Assembly (NCBI GenBank): GCA_963835575.1
Contig: CAWIGG010000002.1
Coordinates: 64,001-128,000, forward strand
Length of the DNA: 64,000 nucleotides
Direction of reading: 5' to 3'
Source of the DNA: an uncultured Spirochaetota bacterium
Lineage (GTDB): Bacteria; Spirochaetota; Brevinematia; Brevinematales; JAOACQ01
The notes below the pieces were generated by a model that was not told where the DNA came from, ran no database searches, and saw nothing but the letters and a program-made list of their open reading frames with translations. Positions 60,062-64,000 of the stretch are shown here, one piece after another. Position 1 is the stretch's first letter. Each line of letters opens with the position of its first letter. Position numbers and translations under genes: made by a program.

Positions 60062-61957
60062 TTACGAAGCAACTCCCAGGCTGAAGATGATGCTTAAAAT
60101 CACGAACGCCGAGATCAGGATATAGCCGATCGCTTCCATCTTGACCCAGCCTTTCTTCCGGTACTTGATGACGCTGTAGCCCATAAAAGCGGAAAACGTG
60201 ATCAGTATTGGCACGATATAACGGAAGTCTATATTCGCCGGGAACGAGATCCTCAGATAGGTTATTGCAAGCCAGAGAAGAATGAAATTCAATATCAGGA
60301 CCAGGTGCTCCTTGAAATCCTCTTTTGTCATGAGGAAGAGGCCGCCGATGATGTACAGGAACATGCAGATGAACAGGAAGCTGATCATTACGGCCGTGTT
60401 CCTGCAGACAGGCGGGCTGTAATCGAATTCGCCGAAGAGTCCCGTTTTCCACAGATAATTCCAGAAATACTGCCTTCCCAGGCGGTCGTCAAACGGCGAC
60501 GTGAACGGTTCGGTAATGAAGATCTTGCTGTCGAACCAGAAATAATTGGACGCCGTGTTCCCGACCAGGTTGGCTTCAGACAGCAGGTGGATGTTCGAAA
60601 TGAAGAGCCTGTCCCTTTTCCCCTCGATCTTCAGGATAACCCCCTGGTAATAGGCCGCTGAAATAGTCACTATGAAAATGACAATGGGCACGACGGCCAT
60701 TTTCGCGTAGGCTTTCCAATCCCTGTCCCTCAGGAAGCGCAGGATGAAAACGATGCCCAGGATGAAGAACACGAACATGGCGTTTGTTTTCGTCAGGGTC
60801 GCCAGCGCCGTAAAGACGCATGACAAGACAAGGTATTTATTGTCTTCCTTTATATGCCATTCAAGGGCATAGAAAAGCCCGACGGCATATAGAAAATACA
60901 TCAGGCAGTCGTTCCCGATCCTTGCGGAATGGATCACGTTGACCGGCCAGAAAACCAGGATGCTTGAGATCAGGATGGTGAAGTTATCCCTTGTGAAGAG
61001 GGCGCCTTTGCCGAAGATCTTTTTTAAGGAGAATTTCCCGCCCTGGGGGGCCGGTTCCTTGAAATCGGCCTTGATCATATTTACAAAGCGCCGGATGATC
61101 AGGATGGAGAAATAGAGGAAGCCCATCATGCAGAAGACCGAATAAAGCTGGAGGACCAGGTAGGCCGTGAAAATATTATGGTTGGAGATCAGCATGGCTG
61201 CAGAATAGACAACGGCCGCCGTGGCGTAATAGACCGGTGGATGGTACCAGGCCCCGCCGGCCGCCCATTCGATGGGAGGAAGGGATACGTGCTCGGCCAG
61301 ATAGACTACATAAGCTATATGCGCCGAAACGTCATGCGTCCTGGTTTCGAACGATGTCCCCGACAGGTAGACGAACCTGACCAGAAGGCCGGCCAGGAGG
61401 AGCAGGACGATCTTTTTGTCCATTTTAAAAAGGGTCAGGACCTCATAAAGGAGCATGATAAAAAAGACGGTTAGAAGCGAGTAGAGGATAAGATAGGTCA
61501 GGCCCACGCTTGAATTGAAGACGCCCACTCCGAACCTGCCGCCGTAGTCCTCGATTTTGATCTCAAACTTATTATCTCCCGGATGGAGATATTTTCCCAG
61601 GTTTATAGGAAAGCCCCTCATGTAGTCCTTGAGTTCGTCGGGGCCGATCCCCTGGAGCGAAACCTGCTGATCGTTGATTTTAATATAAATGATAATATCG
61701 TCGGGAACGATCTGCGCCCAGTTCGGCTGGAACGGGCCGGCGCTCAGAATCCCGGAGAAGATATATGCGCCGGGCGCCTTTGACAGTTCGTTAAAGGGCA
61801 TCTTTACGGCCTCGGATTTGCCGTCCGGCCCTGTCATGGTCACGTTTTTAAAAACAAAAGCGGTCTGCGCCAGGACTATTAAAAAAAGGACAGTGAATAA
61901 GAAATAAATCCCCATGCGGACCAGCTTGAAGCGGGATATTTCCTTTATAATTTTCAT
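60062..61957 (-). CDS. GT-C (PMT/ArnT-like) membrane glycosyltransferase with periplasmic N-domain
   Basis: THD..AH..YV, YHPPVYY, IGND, multiple TM helices, FRY. Confidence 0.78.
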   Translation of the reverse strand: MKIIKEISRFKLVRMGIYFLFTVLFLIVLAQTAFVFKNVTMTGPDGKSEAVKMPFNELSKAPGAYIFSGILSAGPFQPNWAQIVPDDIIIYIKINDQQVSLQGIGPDELKDYMRGFPINLGKYLHPGDNKFEIKIEDYGGRFGVGVFNSSVGLTYLILYSLLTVFFIMLLYEVLTLFKMDKKIVLLLLAGLLVRFVYLSGTSFETRTHDVSAHIAYVVYLAEHVSLPPIEWAAGGAWYHPPVYYATAAVVYSAAMLISNHNIFTAYLVLQLYSVFCMMGFLYFSILIIRRFVNMIKADFKEPAPQGGKFSLKKIFGKGALFTRDNFTILISSILVFWPVNVIHSARIGNDCLMYFLYAVGLFYALEWHIKEDNKYLVLSCVFTALATLTKTNAMFVFFILGIVFILRFLRDRDWKAYAKMAVVPIVIFIVTISAAYYQGVILKIEGKRDRLFISNIHLLSEANLVGNTASNYFWFDSKIFITEPFTSPFDDRLGRQYFWNYLWKTGLFGEFDYSPPVCRNTAVMISFLFICMFLYIIGGLFLMTKEDFKEHLVLILNFILLWLAITYLRISFPANIDFRYIVPILITFSAFMGYSVIKYRKKGWVKMEAIGYILISAFVILSIIFSLGVAS

Positions 61958-61996
61958 AAAATAACCTCCGGCAATAAATATTCTATTTTTTTATCA

Positions 61997-62386
61997 TCAA
62001 CCATGGCTTTGCAGCGGCGACTGTGAAATAAGGATGATTCCGACGCCGATTAAAACGGACCCGATGATCTGGGATGGGGAAAAATTTTCATGAAAAATGA
62101 TAGAGGCGGAAACCAGGTTTAGTATATAGGTCAGCGATGTGACTGGTATGACAATGGACAGTTTATAATTGGAAAGCATGTAGAAAAACATGATCATGGA
62201 AACAACGTACAGGAAACCGCCGATCAGGATATTGACTGAAAAGATCGTGGATATTATTTTTGGAAGACTGGAAAAATCAAAAGGCCTCGCGGCAAATTCT
62301 ATTTTCCAGAGCGCGTTCGCTATGGTGTTGAACACGCTCGATATGACACCCAAGATCAATAATTTTAAAAAACTCACAATCAGCAC
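61997..62386 (-). CDS. EamA/SMR-like small transporter (possible polyprenyl-sugar flippase)
   Basis: Four TM helices, LS.VIP..SL.Y, FHE, IIG..LI..GI; within the GT operon. Confidence 0.75.
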   Translation of the reverse strand: MLIVSFLKLLILGVISSVFNTIANALWKIEFAARPFDFSSLPKIISTIFSVNILIGGFLYVVSMIMFFYMLSNYKLSIVIPVTSLTYILNLVSASIIFHENFSPSQIIGSVLIGVGIILISQSPLQSHG

Positions 62387-62438
62387 CTCTTTAATTTGAT
62401 GATCCGCCGGATATTTTCAGGTGTTGTGCCCGGCGGTA

Positions 62439-62825
62439 TTATTTTTTCCTGCCTTTTTTCAGTTTTTCCAGCTCCGTTTTCAGTATGCCCACTTCCTGCA
62501 CCAGCGTTTTATTCATGTTGGAAAGCCTGGAAATGACAACCGAGTACTGGATCAGAATGAAAAACATCGCCATGACCAGAACTAAAAAAAGCGCGGCAGG
62601 TGCGTAGGCTATGCCGATCGAATGGGCGAATATCTCCAGACCGTTCCTCCAGACGGAGAAAATGATGAAAATGACGCTGAAAAAAAGCCAGAGAAGGGAA
62701 TATTCCTCTTTTAATTTTCTGTTCCTGACCAGGTAGATGATGAAGATAAAAAGCGCGGCGCTGAACAGGACCGATAAATAGGTGATGATGCTGGTATTGA
62801 CCGGGGTGCTTAACGGCTCGTTCAT
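62439..62825 (-). CDS. DUF2304 domain protein
   Basis: LVR..KLKEEYSLLW, GI.Y.P..LF, IS.L......LVQE; follows a GT2 gene. Confidence 0.88.
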   Translation of the reverse strand: MNEPLSTPVNTSIITYLSVLFSAALFIFIIYLVRNRKLKEEYSLLWLFFSVIFIIFSVWRNGLEIFAHSIGIAYAPAALFLVLVMAMFFILIQYSVVISRLSNMNKTLVQEVGILKTELEKLKKGRKK

Positions 62826-62829
62826 TGGA

Positions 62830-63540
62830 TTAAGGCCTCCTTTCTTTTGTGCGGCTGGCGGCCATCAGCTCGGAAATCAGCACTTTGATCATATAGTAAA
62901 AATTCCTCAGGCCGAAGATGGAAGACCTGCCGCCCTGCCGTTCCCGCATTTCCGCGTAGACTTCCTTAATGATAAAGCCGTTCTTTCCCAGAAGTATGAC
63001 AGCCTCGGGTTCGGGATAGTCCGACGGATAATTATCGGCGAGAAAAGTAAAGGCCTTTCTGTTCATCGCCCTGAAGCCCGATGTATTGTCTGTGATCTTC
63101 TGCCTGATGATCAAAGAATTGACGATCTCGAAAACCTTTATCCCGATGCGTCGGCTGAATGTCGATTTAAAACCCTTATTTTTTCTGCAGAACCTGGAGC
63201 CGATGACGACGTCCGCTTCCCGGCTGATTATCGGGGCGAGCAGTTTCGGTATTTCCTCCGCCTTGTGCTGGCCGTCCCCGTCAAACTGGACCGCTATATC
63301 GTAACCGTATTTTCCGGCGATTTTGAACCCGGTCTGCACGGCGCCGCCGATGCCGAGATTATAAGGAAGGTTGATGACCGTCGCTTTGCCGGTCGAAGCG
63401 GCCAGTCCGCCGGTATCATCTTTAGAGCAGTCGTTGATCACGGCTATGTCCCACCGGGGGTTGACGCTTTTCAATGACCGTATGACTTTTACTATATTTT
63501 CAGCCTCATTATAAGCCGGGATTATGATCAGCGTCTTCAT
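62830..63540 (-). CDS. GT2 (DPM1-like) glycosyltransferase
   Basis: IIPAYNE, NLGIGGAVQTG, DGDGQH, GSRF, D.TSGFR, YPEPE. Confidence 0.92.
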   Translation of the reverse strand: MKTLIIIPAYNEAENIVKVIRSLKSVNPRWDIAVINDCSKDDTGGLAASTGKATVINLPYNLGIGGAVQTGFKIAGKYGYDIAVQFDGDGQHKAEEIPKLLAPIISREADVVIGSRFCRKNKGFKSTFSRRIGIKVFEIVNSLIIRQKITDNTSGFRAMNRKAFTFLADNYPSDYPEPEAVILLGKNGFIIKEVYAEMRERQGGRSSIFGLRNFYYMIKVLISELMAASRTKERRP

Positions 63541-63655
63541 TTCACTCTCCGTTAATCAAATTCATCATGCCTCAAAAAAATATTTCCGGCATAATAACTT
63601 GATTTTAATATTTAAAAACCCCGACGCCAGAAATTCTAGCTGGCCTTCTAAAATA

Positions 63656-63843
63656 TTGCAAAAAAAAACAGTTTTATTGATTGGATTGGCAGGAACGGTA
63701 TGCATAGATATAACAATATGGACCCTTCGATGCTGACGGCCTTGACGGCTGTGGAGAATATCATCAACGGGTTCAAAACCAAGGACAACATCCGGCAGGT
63801 GAACGCCGAGGAAGAATACCACGAGGAAAAGGAAGGTTATTAA
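63656..63843 (+). pseudogene. Internally deleted FAD-dependent oxidoreductase (protoporphyrinogen-oxidase-like family)
   Basis: QKKTVLLIG (start of a Rossmann strand) joined at ATTGG-ATTGG, out of frame, to IGRNGMHRYNNMDPSMLTALTAVENII...VNAEEEYHEEK (conserved C-terminus). Confidence 0.78.
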
Positions 63844-64000
63844 TAGGCTTCTATTTTAAAATCATCAACATAGGTATTAAGCGCGCTTCCTCCAAAATAT
63901 CCGCCGCCGAGAACTATTTTTGAAAAACTGTCAAAAGGGCTGCCGTCTACAGCGGAGATACTTTTTGTGCTGGAATTATTATTATCAGTTAATTTTAAAG

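Noticed and set aside
63565..63822. 85-aa minus-strand ORF
   Set aside because: Antisense of the oxidoreductase pseudogene fragment

Overview
Bacterial chromosomal segment; the protein families suggest a spirochaete, but this is low-confidence inference. The left end holds housekeeping genes (purM, secA, S41 protease, accD, lptB). These are followed by a MoxR/DUF58 operon, glycosyltransferases, Prc protease, a WD40-caspase, and a Ni/Co ECF transporter divergent from larEBC. recQ, redox enzymes and a second glycosylation cluster lie further right. The most interesting content is mobile and decayed DNA that the ORF track mostly misses. (1) A full-length group II intron with a non-canonical GUACG 5' end sits exactly inside the hairpin of a MITE-like repeat; EBS1/IBS1 pairing is visible. 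It lies within a ~4.6 kb island bounded by 105-bp direct repeats. (2) An 878-nt class C 'mini' intron follows a terminator; its RT gene is internally deleted and its domain I carries a small palindromic insert also found elsewhere in the window. (3) An intact IS1182-family element has TIRs and a CAGC target duplication. (4) At least four 'hollowed-out' genes keep only their N- and C-terminal ends: HsdM, a PIN toxin, the mini-intron RT and an FAD oxidoreductase. A RelE/HigB toxin is also truncated, and both putative antitoxins remain intact. (5) Several families of nested palindromic intergenic repeats occur throughout. No rRNA, tRNA or CRISPR array was found.
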